A stretch of 34,194 bases of DNA from Candidatus Taylorbacteria bacterium RIFCSPLOWO2_02_FULL_44_35 (lineage in GTDB: Bacteria > Patescibacteriota > Minisyncoccia > Phycocordibacterales > DSPV01): positions 1 through 34,194 of the forward strand of contig MHSF01000012.1 of the NCBI GenBank assembly GCA_001822695.1, read 5' to 3'. Each line of letters opens with the position of its first letter. Positions within the stretch are counted from its first letter, which is position 1. Below, piece by piece: positions 1 to 8,360 of the stretch. Both the position numbers and the translations under genes were made by a program. Under the pieces are notes generated by a model. That model worked only from the letters and a program-made list of their open reading frames with translations. It was not told the DNA's origin and searched no databases.

Positions 1-1
1 C

Positions 2-97
2 AAACTCTCACCCGTGGAGTTTATGCTATCATCACCATATTATCAGCTAGTCGGAGACCGAGAGTGCAAAACTGGGTGGCCTTATACATTTGCTTGA
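2..97 (+). mobile_element. 3' end of a CDS entering from outside the window, possibly an integrase-core (IS481/IS3-like) transposase
   Basis: Frame 2 is open from the window edge: KLSPVEFMLSSPYYQLVGDRECKTGWPYTFA*. It resembles the 'LSP..F....W..T' tails of integrase-core transposases, but only 31 aa are visible. Confidence 0.35.
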
Positions 98-122
98 CTT
101 TATTTGTGACCCGTGCTAACCT
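94..122 (+). promoter_or_regulatory. sigma70-like promoter
   Basis: TTGACT (94-99), a 17-nt spacer, then TGcTAACCT (extended -10, hexamer 117-122). Confidence 0.5.
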
Positions 123-128
123 ATTGGC

Positions 129-340
129 AGCTAAGGGTGAAGTAGTTTCAATCGCCTGTCGCGGATACTGAACCACACCGGGTCTAACCGCTGGCACTGT
201 GGTAAAGCGCGCACCACATATGACACTGCCCATCCTCAGTTAGTAACCGCTTGTTCGGGGGATAAAACAAATGAGAAAGACACCCCCTATAACTTGACGA
301 TTACGACGCCAGAACCTCGAGTTCTGGCGCTTTTTCTTTT
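129..340 (+). ncRNA. candidate structured non-coding RNA, family not recognised
   Basis: Lies between the promoter and an intrinsic terminator. Imperfect ~20-bp stem pairs 129-150 with 221-241 and encloses hairpins (tgtggt/accaca 198-218; gcgg/ccgc). A further ggggg/ccccc stem at 257-287. Confidence 0.4.
307..340 (+). terminator. intrinsic terminator
   Basis: cgccagaac-ctcga-gttctggcg 9-bp stem followed by ctttttctttt. Confidence 0.75.
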
Positions 341-416
341 CCGCGATTTTTTATGATATACTTCATTTTGTGATTATGATTTTCTTTAATGTTACAAGTT
401 TTAAGTTACAAGTTTT

Positions 417-1097
417 GTGATATATTTTGACAATGTCTCAAAAATTTATACTGATGATTCGGCGGCTTTGCGCGATGTGACCCTCTCTATTGAGCCGAAA
501 GAGTTTATTTCCATTGTCGGCCATTCCGGCGCCGGCAAAACCACTTTGTTGAAAATGATTTTGGCTGAGGAGAAGCCGTCTTCGGGCAAAGTATTTTTTG
601 ATAAAATTGATGTTCACCAGCTTTCCCGGCCGGAAATTACAAAATATCGCCGGCGCATCGGCACGATTTTTCAGGATTTTCGTTTGATTCCCGACAAGAC
701 CGCCTACGAAAATATTGCTTTCGCTATGGAAGCGGCGGGGCGGGGCGACGAGGAAATTGAATCGGATGTGCCCCATGTTTTGGATTTGGTGGATTTGGGC
801 GACAAGCTTTGGCATTTTCCCAACGAACTTTCCGGCGGCGAAAAACAGCGAGTGGCGATTGCTCGGGCGATTGTCAATCAGCCGGAAATTTTAATGGCTG
901 ATGAGCCGACTGGCAATTTGGACCCGATTAACACTTTTGAAATTGTCCAAATTTTGAAAAAAATCAACGACCTCGGCACAACGGTGATTTTGACTACTCA
1001 CAATAAAGGGGTAATTGATTCGCTTGGTAAACGGGTGGTAACCTTGGACGCCGGGCGGGTGATTAGGGATGACGAAAAAGGTCACTATTTGTTGTAA
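417..1097 (+). CDS. ftsE: cell division ATP-binding protein FtsE
   Basis: Walker A GHSGAGKTT, IFQDFRL motif, LSGGEKQRVAIARA signature, ADEPTGNLD; GTG start; 226 aa. Confidence 0.9.
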   Translation: MIYFDNVSKIYTDDSAALRDVTLSIEPKEFISIVGHSGAGKTTLLKMILAEEKPSSGKVFFDKIDVHQLSRPEITKYRRRIGTIFQDFRLIPDKTAYENIAFAMEAAGRGDEEIESDVPHVLDLVDLGDKLWHFPNELSGGEKQRVAIARAIVNQPEILMADEPTGNLDPINTFEIVQILKKINDLGTTVILTTHNKGVIDSLGKRVVTLDAGRVIRDDEKGHYLL

Positions 1098-1102
1098 GCT
1101 GA

Positions 1103-2665
1103 TTATTTCGCAGTTGGGATTTTTAAGAAAAATGTCGCGCCGTTTCCTAATCCGGCCGATTCAACCCAGATATCGCCGCCGTGGTAACGCATAATATCTA
1201 GCGAGATGTGCAAACTGATACCCAATCCTTCCGTGTGGGTGTGTTTAGCATTTGCGCCGCGGAAAAACTTTGAAAAAATGCGCGGCATATCTTCTTTGGA
1301 AATACCAATGCCAAAGTCGCGGATTGAGAGGATTACAAATTTTTTTTTAGATTCTATGTTTAGGATAATCTGTCCGTTGGGTTTGGAGTATATAATTGCG
1401 TTTTCCAAAACCGCCTGAACAGCAAATTGCATTCTCTTGCGATCAACAAATATTTTCGGCAGGGTTTCTGGTATATTAGCTTGAATTGAGACGCGCTTCT
1501 CCTGAATTCGGTTGGTAACCGCGATAATTGTTTCGTTTACAATGCTACGCAGGCTCTCTTTGGAATATGAGTACAAAAATCGGCTTTTCTCGGACTCGGA
1601 TAGTCCGATAAGCATATCGGTAAGTTCAAACAGACCCACATTTGCTTCCGCGATCGCAGCCATAGCGTGTTCCCGTTCTTCTGGTTTGGATTCGCCGCGG
1701 AGCGTATTAAGCGACCAGCGGATATATGTTAGAGGCGTTCTGAATTTGTGAGTGACTATATCAACGAACTGGTATTTAAGAACATCGACTTCTTTGATTT
1801 TTCTCCATACGAATACACCGATGGTCACCGCAATAATTGCTGACGCGAAAGGCATTAGCCATTGTGGGAAATTGGGAAAGATTTGGGCAACAATGTCATT
1901 GGTGTATCCAATCAAAATAATGAATAGGGTAATACCGGTAACACTTAAGGAATATCCGAACGCGCGTTTGGCCAACAAGTTTATGTTTATAATGTCGTAC
2001 CTAATGATCGCGTATGCTACCGGAATTGTGTACAGTCCGGTCAAGGAAGAAATAAATGGGTCAATATTAATTCCGTAGAGCAGGAATTCTGGCACCAGAG
2101 CAACACCAAAGCCGAACAGATAGGCAACGATGAAATATTTTAGCTGATTTCTCGTTCGATAATCCGCTTGATGGTACGAGATGTATAATTGGAATAGAAG
2201 ATAGATAAGGACAATGAAAAAGAAAGCGTCCTGTAAGGCATATAAGCTTCCCGGAACGAAAAAATTAGGCAGATACAACTTAGGTTGCGACGGTTGCAAC
2301 AAATAGTTTGGGAACAGCGCGAAAAATAATACGAGGCCCGCGGCTATGATGTACAGAATTGTAAGCATACGTTTATGCGATTGAGCTCGTCCCGTTACTG
2401 AAAGAATCAAATGAGTGTACAGAACGACAAGGAATAATGTCGCTAGATTAAACATAAAGGCGATTTGCGAAGCACGCGGGTCATGCAAATTAATGCCGAT
2501 TACATAAGAAATCTGCCAGATGCCGGTAGCAATGCTGGCTAAGAAAAAGACCACATTGGAAGACGCGCCTTTGGGCCGGCGGATAAACACTAAAATACCG
2601 AGGCCGAGGCAGACAGAAATTGAAAAAACGAAACCAATATTGGTAATGAAAAGTTCGGCATTCAT
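1103..2665 (-). CDS. multi-TM sensor histidine kinase
   Basis: Large hydrophobic N-terminal region, H-box-like THKFRTPL, N-box ENAIIY, DFGIGI, FSKFFRG, GLGISL. Confidence 0.88.
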   Translation of the reverse strand: MNAELFITNIGFVFSISVCLGLGILVFIRRPKGASSNVVFFLASIATGIWQISYVIGINLHDPRASQIAFMFNLATLFLVVLYTHLILSVTGRAQSHKRMLTILYIIAAGLVLFFALFPNYLLQPSQPKLYLPNFFVPGSLYALQDAFFFIVLIYLLFQLYISYHQADYRTRNQLKYFIVAYLFGFGVALVPEFLLYGINIDPFISSLTGLYTIPVAYAIIRYDIININLLAKRAFGYSLSVTGITLFIILIGYTNDIVAQIFPNFPQWLMPFASAIIAVTIGVFVWRKIKEVDVLKYQFVDIVTHKFRTPLTYIRWSLNTLRGESKPEEREHAMAAIAEANVGLFELTDMLIGLSESEKSRFLYSYSKESLRSIVNETIIAVTNRIQEKRVSIQANIPETLPKIFVDRKRMQFAVQAVLENAIIYSKPNGQIILNIESKKKFVILSIRDFGIGISKEDMPRIFSKFFRGANAKHTHTEGLGISLHISLDIMRYHGGDIWVESAGLGNGATFFLKIPTAK

Positions 2666-2817
2666 ATAATAAGATAATTATACACGTTAAAACTAAATTT
2701 AAAAAGAAAAGGATGAGGAAAGATTTTAAACGTGTATAATAATAAGAAAGGGTGCTGTCTGCTGTAGCAGAATTTCCAATTTCCAATTTCCAATTTTCAA
2801 ACAAATCCTAAATTTCA

Positions 2818-5814
2818 ATGATTAAATTTCGAACGAAGATTCTGATAGCAGCGGTTTTTCTTGGAGTTTTTGGCGGCGCCCCGCTTGGCGTGGGCGCCGC
2901 CACTTTTGTGGATTATCACATTACGGCTGATCTGACCTGGACTTTAGCCGGCAGTCCCTATGTGATTGACAGTTTATGGCTTCAAGTTTATCCCGGCGCC
3001 ACACTTACCATTGAACCCGGGGTGATTGTGAAATTCGGCGACTCTTCCTATATGCATGTTTACGGTAAGTTAAATGCCGTTGGCACCCCAGAAAACAAAA
3101 TCTATTTCACTTCATTGAGAGACGATTCCATCGGAGGCGACACCAACGGCGACGGCGACGCGACCCAACCGTCCGCCTACAATAATTGGAGCGTGTTTAT
3201 GAGAGAAGGTTCCGGTTCTCACACAATAAAAAACGCCGACGCTCAATATTCCAACAATCCTTTCTGGGTTCATCGTTCCGCGGCTGATTTTGAGAATATC
3301 AACATTCGCGAAGCTTTGGCGGCCGGCATTGCCGGCGTGGAAAGCGATGTCCGAATAAAAAACCTGCGGGCCGACATTATCGGCCCCGCCGTTTCCGGTT
3401 TTGGCGGCACATTTGTTCTCAATGATTTGGATATTTCCAGCACCAATCAAAACAAGGTTGGCTTAAGATTTTCCACCGATGCCGAAGTTTCAATCAGCGG
3501 TACGGCGGTCCATGATTTGATTAACGGCATCGGTTTGGCTTTGTTCAGTTCTCACGCCACTGTCACCGATTCTGTTTTCAGAGGCAACGGCCAAGGCATA
3601 AAAGTTGACGATGCCGGCGGCGGTTCTCCCGCTTCACTTTCTGTAGGCCAAAGTTCTATCAGCGATAATACTGATTACGGTATTTACAGCTCTGCCATTA
3701 CCCCAGTGGACGCGAGAAATAATTGGTGGGGCGCTCCGAGTGGGCCGTATCACCCGAGTTTAAATCCGAGCGGGTTTGGCGATGAGGTTTCGGACAATGT
3801 TGATTTTTCAGGGTGGTTTGCCACTGACCCTCTTTCTACGCCCGCCTGCTGTTCATCGGTGGTGTTTATTCCGGGCCTTGAAGCGAGCCGGCTTTATAGA
3901 CCGGGGGCAATCTTTGAGAACCAACTTTGGGAGCCGAACACCAATGATGATGTTCGCGCGCTCGCGCTTGACCCGTTCACTGGCGAAAGCGTCAATGCCG
4001 ACATCTATACCGACGATGTGATTGACGAAGCGTTTTCGGTAAATATTTACAAAAATTTCCTGTCCTTTATGGAAAATATGGCGACAGTGGGAGACATCGC
4101 CGATTTTGAGACCTTCCCTTATGACTGGCGATTAGATGTTAAGGATGTGGTAAGTCGCGCCGTCGCACTTAAAAACGACAGTTATGAAATGATTCCGCGT
4201 CTGCGGGCATTGGCGGCGGCGTCTCAAACCGGCAAAGTGACAATAATCGCCCATTCCAACGGCGGTTTGGTGGCAAAAGAATTATTAAATGCCCTCAAGG
4301 ATTCCGGCGAGGAAAATTTGGTAGACAGATTAATTTTGGTGGCGACGCCGGAACTCGGCACGCCCAAAGCGGCCATGGAAATGCTTCACGGTATGGAACC
4401 GTTCGTTTTTAATTTCCCGCGCGAGGAAGTAACGCGCGAATTGGCGGAAAATATGAAAAGCGCTTACGCCCTGCTACCGTCGGCAGAGTATTTTAATCAG
4501 TTGGGCATCGGCGGACGACCGATTATTGAATTTAGCACAACGACGGCCATCACTTTGCCTTTTCGGGGAATTTACGGCGAAACAATTTCTAGTTATGGCG
4601 ATTTGCGCAAATTCATTTTAGGAGACAACGGCGCGCGGTTGGAGCCGCCGGCGGCTGCCGTGAACTTACCGAATGTTTTGAAAGAATCATTTTTGGCAGT
4701 GGCGGAAACGCGGCACGGCGAACTTGATGCTTGGCAGCCGCCGGCGGGCGTTGATGTCGTTCGGATTATCGGCTGGGGCCTGGAAACGCCGCGCGGTATT
4801 GTCTATAAATCGGCGAGGCAAAATGTTTGCAACGCCGACCTCTCCGTTTGTTCCGTTCAAGAAGTGCTTGACCCCGAACCGCTTTCAACGGCCGAAGGCG
4901 ACGGCACGGTGGTGTATTTGTCGGCCGACGCTCTTGGCGGAGAGAGGTATTATGTGAATATGTTTGATTATAACGAGCAACAAGCCACTATTGATCGTGA
5001 CCACAAAAATATTCTAGAGATAGAGTTACTTCAAGACCTCATCTCTACCCTTGTCAGAAACGAGGACACAACCACATTGCCTGCTTTTATCTTTACCGAA
5101 AAACCAGATAAGGCATCGGTGGCCGAACGTTTAAGAATAGATGTTCACTCTCCAATTGCGCTTCATCTTTACGACTCTCTCGGTCAGCACACTGGCCCTA
5201 TACCGAACCCCGATTTGTCATCCGACCTAGAATTGTTTGAAGAACAAATTCCCAACAGCTATTACTGGCAGTTGGGCGAAGGGCAATACGCCGGAGCGGG
5301 CGGTGTTGCCACTACAACCATTAAGCTTGTCGGCACAGCGCTCGGCGCGGCGACGGTCGGGATAGAACGAGTTATCGGCGATGAAACAATAATTTCTGAC
5401 ATTTTATTTGAAGATATTCCAATCACTGCCGGCGGATTGGCTACGGTTGAGGTCGTTCCCAATACCGAACTGGTAATGTTGCTTGATGTTGACGGTGATG
5501 GAATTATTGACGCTGAAATTACACCCACCGGTCTAACTCCGGAGGACTTAATTGTTATTTTGGAGAGTTTGATAAAAACTCTTGATTTGCCGGATAAAAA
5601 GGAAAAACGGCTTCTTAAGGTTATAGATAGACTTGAGAAAGAATTGGCGAAAGAGCGAAAAAAAGAAAAGGCGGAAAAATTAAAAACGGAGCAGGCTTTC
5701 AAGCATCTATTAAAGATCATTGAGCAATATCAAAAGAAAAAAGTCCTATCAGCCGATGAGGCTAGCGAGTTGATAAGTGTGATTGGGACTCTTATGAGTA
5801 AGGTGGTAAAATAG
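2818..5814 (+). CDS. secreted protein: beta-helix-like repeats plus alpha/beta hydrolase (LCAT/lipase-like) domain
   Basis: Signal peptide; 'WT.AGSPYVI', 'LTIEPGVIVKF' and 'DARNNWWG' beta-helix-associated motifs; FIPGLEAS, PYDWRL, AHSNGG nucleophile elbow (4249-4266), GDGTV. Confidence 0.8.
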   Translation: MIKFRTKILIAAVFLGVFGGAPLGVGAATFVDYHITADLTWTLAGSPYVIDSLWLQVYPGATLTIEPGVIVKFGDSSYMHVYGKLNAVGTPENKIYFTSLRDDSIGGDTNGDGDATQPSAYNNWSVFMREGSGSHTIKNADAQYSNNPFWVHRSAADFENINIREALAAGIAGVESDVRIKNLRADIIGPAVSGFGGTFVLNDLDISSTNQNKVGLRFSTDAEVSISGTAVHDLINGIGLALFSSHATVTDSVFRGNGQGIKVDDAGGGSPASLSVGQSSISDNTDYGIYSSAITPVDARNNWWGAPSGPYHPSLNPSGFGDEVSDNVDFSGWFATDPLSTPACCSSVVFIPGLEASRLYRPGAIFENQLWEPNTNDDVRALALDPFTGESVNADIYTDDVIDEAFSVNIYKNFLSFMENMATVGDIADFETFPYDWRLDVKDVVSRAVALKNDSYEMIPRLRALAAASQTGKVTIIAHSNGGLVAKELLNALKDSGEENLVDRLILVATPELGTPKAAMEMLHGMEPFVFNFPREEVTRELAENMKSAYALLPSAEYFNQLGIGGRPIIEFSTTTAITLPFRGIYGETISSYGDLRKFILGDNGARLEPPAAAVNLPNVLKESFLAVAETRHGELDAWQPPAGVDVVRIIGWGLETPRGIVYKSARQNVCNADLSVCSVQEVLDPEPLSTAEGDGTVVYLSADALGGERYYVNMFDYNEQQATIDRDHKNILEIELLQDLISTLVRNEDTTTLPAFIFTEKPDKASVAERLRIDVHSPIALHLYDSLGQHTGPIPNPDLSSDLELFEEQIPNSYYWQLGEGQYAGAGGVATTTIKLVGTALGAATVGIERVIGDETIISDILFEDIPITAGGLATVEVVPNTELVMLLDVDGDGIIDAEITPTGLTPEDLIVILESLIKTLDLPDKKEKRLLKVIDRLEKELAKERKKEKAEKLKTEQAFKHLLKIIEQYQKKKVLSADEASELISVIGTLMSKVVK

Positions 5815-5818
5815 CGTT

Positions 5819-6253
5819 ATGAAATTAAAATCAGTAAATTTAGTAGTGCTGGCATTATCCGCACTTTCCACATTATTTTCTTATATCGCTTCTGGTGACG
5901 GGCTGGGTTTGTGTGTAGGAGCGGTTGATTATCGTAATTGCATTAGTTCAGTGAATAATATTAGCGAACCACTTTTCTGGGGATTTTTACCACTTCTCGC
6001 GATTTCTTTAATTTTACTTTTCCTCCGCCGCGAGATATTTATGGTGTGGGCGAAGTTTGCCGCGGTGGGTTTTCCGCTCATGCTCGCCATTCTCCTTTAC
6101 ACTTACAACAATAAACCAACCTCGGGAGGTTTCGGTTTGGCCGGTTTGATTTCCGATGAAATGCTGGCAACAACTTTTCTGACCGCCCTTTTCTTCATCA
6201 TCTCCCTTGTCATCATCATATACAAACAACTCAAACTCCGAAAGGACAAATAA
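5819..6253 (+). CDS. small multi-TM membrane protein
   Basis: 144 aa, about 4 hydrophobic segments, a Cys pair in the first loop; starts 4 nt after the upstream stop. Confidence 0.75.
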   Translation: MKLKSVNLVVLALSALSTLFSYIASGDGLGLCVGAVDYRNCISSVNNISEPLFWGFLPLLAISLILLFLRREIFMVWAKFAAVGFPLMLAILLYTYNNKPTSGGFGLAGLISDEMLATTFLTALFFIISLVIIIYKQLKLRKDK

Positions 6254-6300
6254 ATGATATTAACCACGGAGCAGAGCTTCGCCCACCTAAGGGATATGTC

Positions 6301-6317
6301 CAAAGGTTAAACCTTTG
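6301..6317. repeat. REP-like palindrome (AAGGTTNAACCTT family)
   Basis: caaaggtt-a-aacctttg perfect palindrome; the same core recurs three times at 32594-32656. Confidence 0.65.
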
Positions 6318-6340
6318 TCTAAAAAAAGTCGCCGATTGAC

Positions 6341-6366
6341 AAAAAGAGTCCTCTCAAGGAGGACTC
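6341..6366 (-). terminator. intrinsic terminator for the minus-strand genes
   Basis: gagtcctc-tcaag-gaggactc stem with an A-tract on its left, which is a U-tract on the minus strand. Confidence 0.65.
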
Positions 6367-6389
6367 GTGAGATTGGCGGGGAATCACTA

Positions 6390-6833
6390 CTAGGATTTCC
6401 AAGCCGGTTCCAAAATTGACAATTGTCTCGGCAACTTTTCTTCGCCGTCCGGTACCCAATCCAATCGCTGGAATTGGAAACCGGTCTGGCGGCTTAACCG
6501 ATTGTAGCGCTCGGTATTTTCTTTCACTCGGCTAAACAATCGGTGAAGTCTTATTTGTCTCCATTCAGAGCTGAACGAGATAATGTCGGGCTGGTCCATC
6601 CTTTCAACCAAGGTGTTGATTTTTTCCCGCAGATACTGATGCCAGCAAGCCAACGCGAATAATTTGTCGTAATCTCTGAGTTCGGCCCGGGAAAGAATCA
6701 TTCCTTCCCAAGTGACGCGGCGACTGGCTCGTTGTCGGTCTTTTGCCGCACTTTGCAAAAATGCCGCGATGATTACAAGTGCCAACCAAGCAAAGATACA
6801 AATGACAACAATATTCAAAAGAACAGTTTTCAT
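6390..6833 (-). CDS. hypothetical protein with N-terminal TM anchor
   Basis: 147 aa, hydrophobic N-terminus; upstream TTGACA-16-TAAAGT (6870-6843) and a downstream terminator. Confidence 0.65.
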   Translation of the reverse strand: MKTVLLNIVVICIFAWLALVIIAAFLQSAAKDRQRASRRVTWEGMILSRAELRDYDKLFALACWHQYLREKINTLVERMDQPDIISFSSEWRQIRLHRLFSRVKENTERYNRLSRQTGFQFQRLDWVPDGEEKLPRQLSILEPAWKS

Positions 6834-6866
6834 ACTGGTTCAACTTTACTGCGAGGTCTGGTTTTG

Positions 6867-7178
6867 TCAAGAAAGAATTTGAGTGGTGAAGGCGATTAAA
6901 GTGAACAGAAAAAGAAAAGCAAAAGTGGCGATTAGAAGTTGAAAAGATTCTTTTTTCATACCGCTTAAGTAAAGGTGAATTGGGTGACCGAGCACGAGCG
7001 AGCTGGTGATAGCGGCCGAGAGGACAAAAAGTAAAAGCATTGCCGTTGGTCCGCCGAAACCACCGAATTCGCCAAATAGTCGCTGGCCGTTGAAGAGCAA
7101 CCAAGCGATTATCGCAACATAAATAAAAGTGCCAGCTGACTGGAGAAAAGCGTAAGTGATTATTTTTTGTTTGGTCAT
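6867..7178 (-). CDS. small three-TM membrane protein
   Basis: 103 aa, three hydrophobic helices; TGtTATCAT 6 nt upstream of the ATG. Confidence 0.75.
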   Translation of the reverse strand: MTKQKIITYAFLQSAGTFIYVAIIAWLLFNGQRLFGEFGGFGGPTAMLLLFVLSAAITSSLVLGHPIHLYLSGMKKESFQLLIATFAFLFLFTLIAFTTQILS

Positions 7179-7303
7179 TTGGTAATGATAACATTTTTAG
7201 GAGTTTTTTATTACTCCTCCAGTTTATCCCGTTTGCATTTGCACCTAAATTTGCTATCGCGGGAATTAGTGCAGAGTATTTTTATCAGTGAAACAAGTAG
7301 ACA

Positions 7304-7479
7304 TTAATGGGCCAGGGCGATGCCGAGGATTTTTTTGGCGCCGGCGCGGCGCAAGGTTTTCCGCGCTTCGCTTAAAGTGGCGCCGGTGGTGGCGACATCG
7401 TCAACGACGATAATGTTGCGGCCGAGAGGGCTTTCACTGACCGCGAAAGCGCCGCGCAGATTTTTCAGGCGGCTGGCGC
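7304..7479 (-). pseudogene. comF: duplicated 3' fragment of comF
   Basis: 176-nt copy of 10109-10284 with 4 substitutions; encodes only the VVDDVATTGATL...IALAH end. Confidence 0.9.
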
Positions 7480-7812
7480 TGGTCCATATTCGGCGTAATT
7501 TGGGGTTTAGCCATTCTCGGCGCGGCACTCAAAATTTCACGATTGCAAATGCGACCCTGGTTATCCGCTGTTCTTTATCTGGTGATGGGCTGGTTGATTA
7601 CTATCGCCTTTGTTCCTCTTATTCAAAGTATGACCGCCGCCACGCTATGGCTTTTAGTTGCCGGCGGTTTGTCATACGCTGTCGGCTTAGCATTTTTTGC
7701 TCTTGACCGCGTTCTCCTCCATAAAAAATATTTCTGGATGCATGAAATTTTTCACATTTTTGTTCTTGGTGGTAGCGCGCTTCACACAATCGTGATGTTT
7801 TTAATCTTATAA
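7468..7812 (+). pseudogene. 5'-truncated hemolysin III (PAQR/HlyIII) family membrane protein
   Basis: GGWRWSIFGVIWGLAILG...LYLVMGW...GGLSYAVG...HEIFHIFVLGGSALH; the N-terminal half is absent and the frame begins at the comF-fragment junction. Confidence 0.8.
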
Positions 7813-7854
7813 AAGAAAACCGTCCTTGAGGGACGATTGGTGAATTTTGCTTTT

Positions 7855-8148
7855 TCAAGCGGAAACATAAAGACGGCGCGGGAGCGCTTTGCGGCGAGGC
7901 AGTTTCGGAAACAACCTCGTCCTGTAGGCAATCTTCGGAGACACGACGGTGCTGTTTTCTTTCACAAATTTAGTTTGGGTTTTCTTTAGACAGCAGTTGC
8001 AAATTTCAAGCGGGTTGTAAGAACTTAATCGTGTCCCACAAAAAGGACACTTGTTCGGTCCGGAAAATCGCAATGGCGGCCGAGAACCCAAAAAGTCGGT
8101 TAGCGAAAGCGCCCTGATAGAGTGAGCTACATCAACATATGAATTCAT
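7855..8148 (-). CDS. hypothetical protein with possible Zn ribbon
   Basis: CPFC-x12-CNCC; ATG at 8148 preferred over the track start at 8199. Confidence 0.5.
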   Translation of the reverse strand: MNSYVDVAHSIRALSLTDFLGSRPPLRFSGPNKCPFCGTRLSSYNPLEICNCCLKKTQTKFVKENSTVVSPKIAYRTRLFPKLPRRKALPRRLYVSA

Positions 8149-8320
8149 AATAAGAACAGGTACCGAATAAAAAGATACTCCCCCATAACTAAAAGTCAAT
8201 CATTTTTAATTGACGGTGTTGAAAAGTTTTGAAAATGGAACGCCTTATTCAGATGTGGTTGAACGGGTTAAGGCGAAACTTGAGATGGCAATCGGTTGAA
8301 TAATCAGCAAGTTGTAACGC

Positions 8321-8353
8321 ACTCGTGGCTCACAAAGTCACGAGTTTTTCTTT
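8321..8353 (+). terminator. intrinsic terminator-like hairpin
   Basis: actcgtggct-cacaa-agtcacgagt followed by ttttcttt. Confidence 0.55.
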
Positions 8354-8360
8354 AATCGCG

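Noticed and set aside
21-233. 70-aa minus-strand ORF
   Set aside because: No recognisable motif; it overlaps a plus-strand gene tail, promoter and structured region. Not fully excluded.
7320-7706. Plus-strand ORFs 7320-7706 and 10038-10403 sharing an identical peptide
   Set aside because: They are antisense readings of the duplicated comF sequence.
8210-8299. Short protein-like plus-strand frame (LTVLKSFENGTPYSDVVERVKAKLEMAIG*) before a terminator
   Set aside because: Too short to identify; possibly a gene remnant but unsupported.
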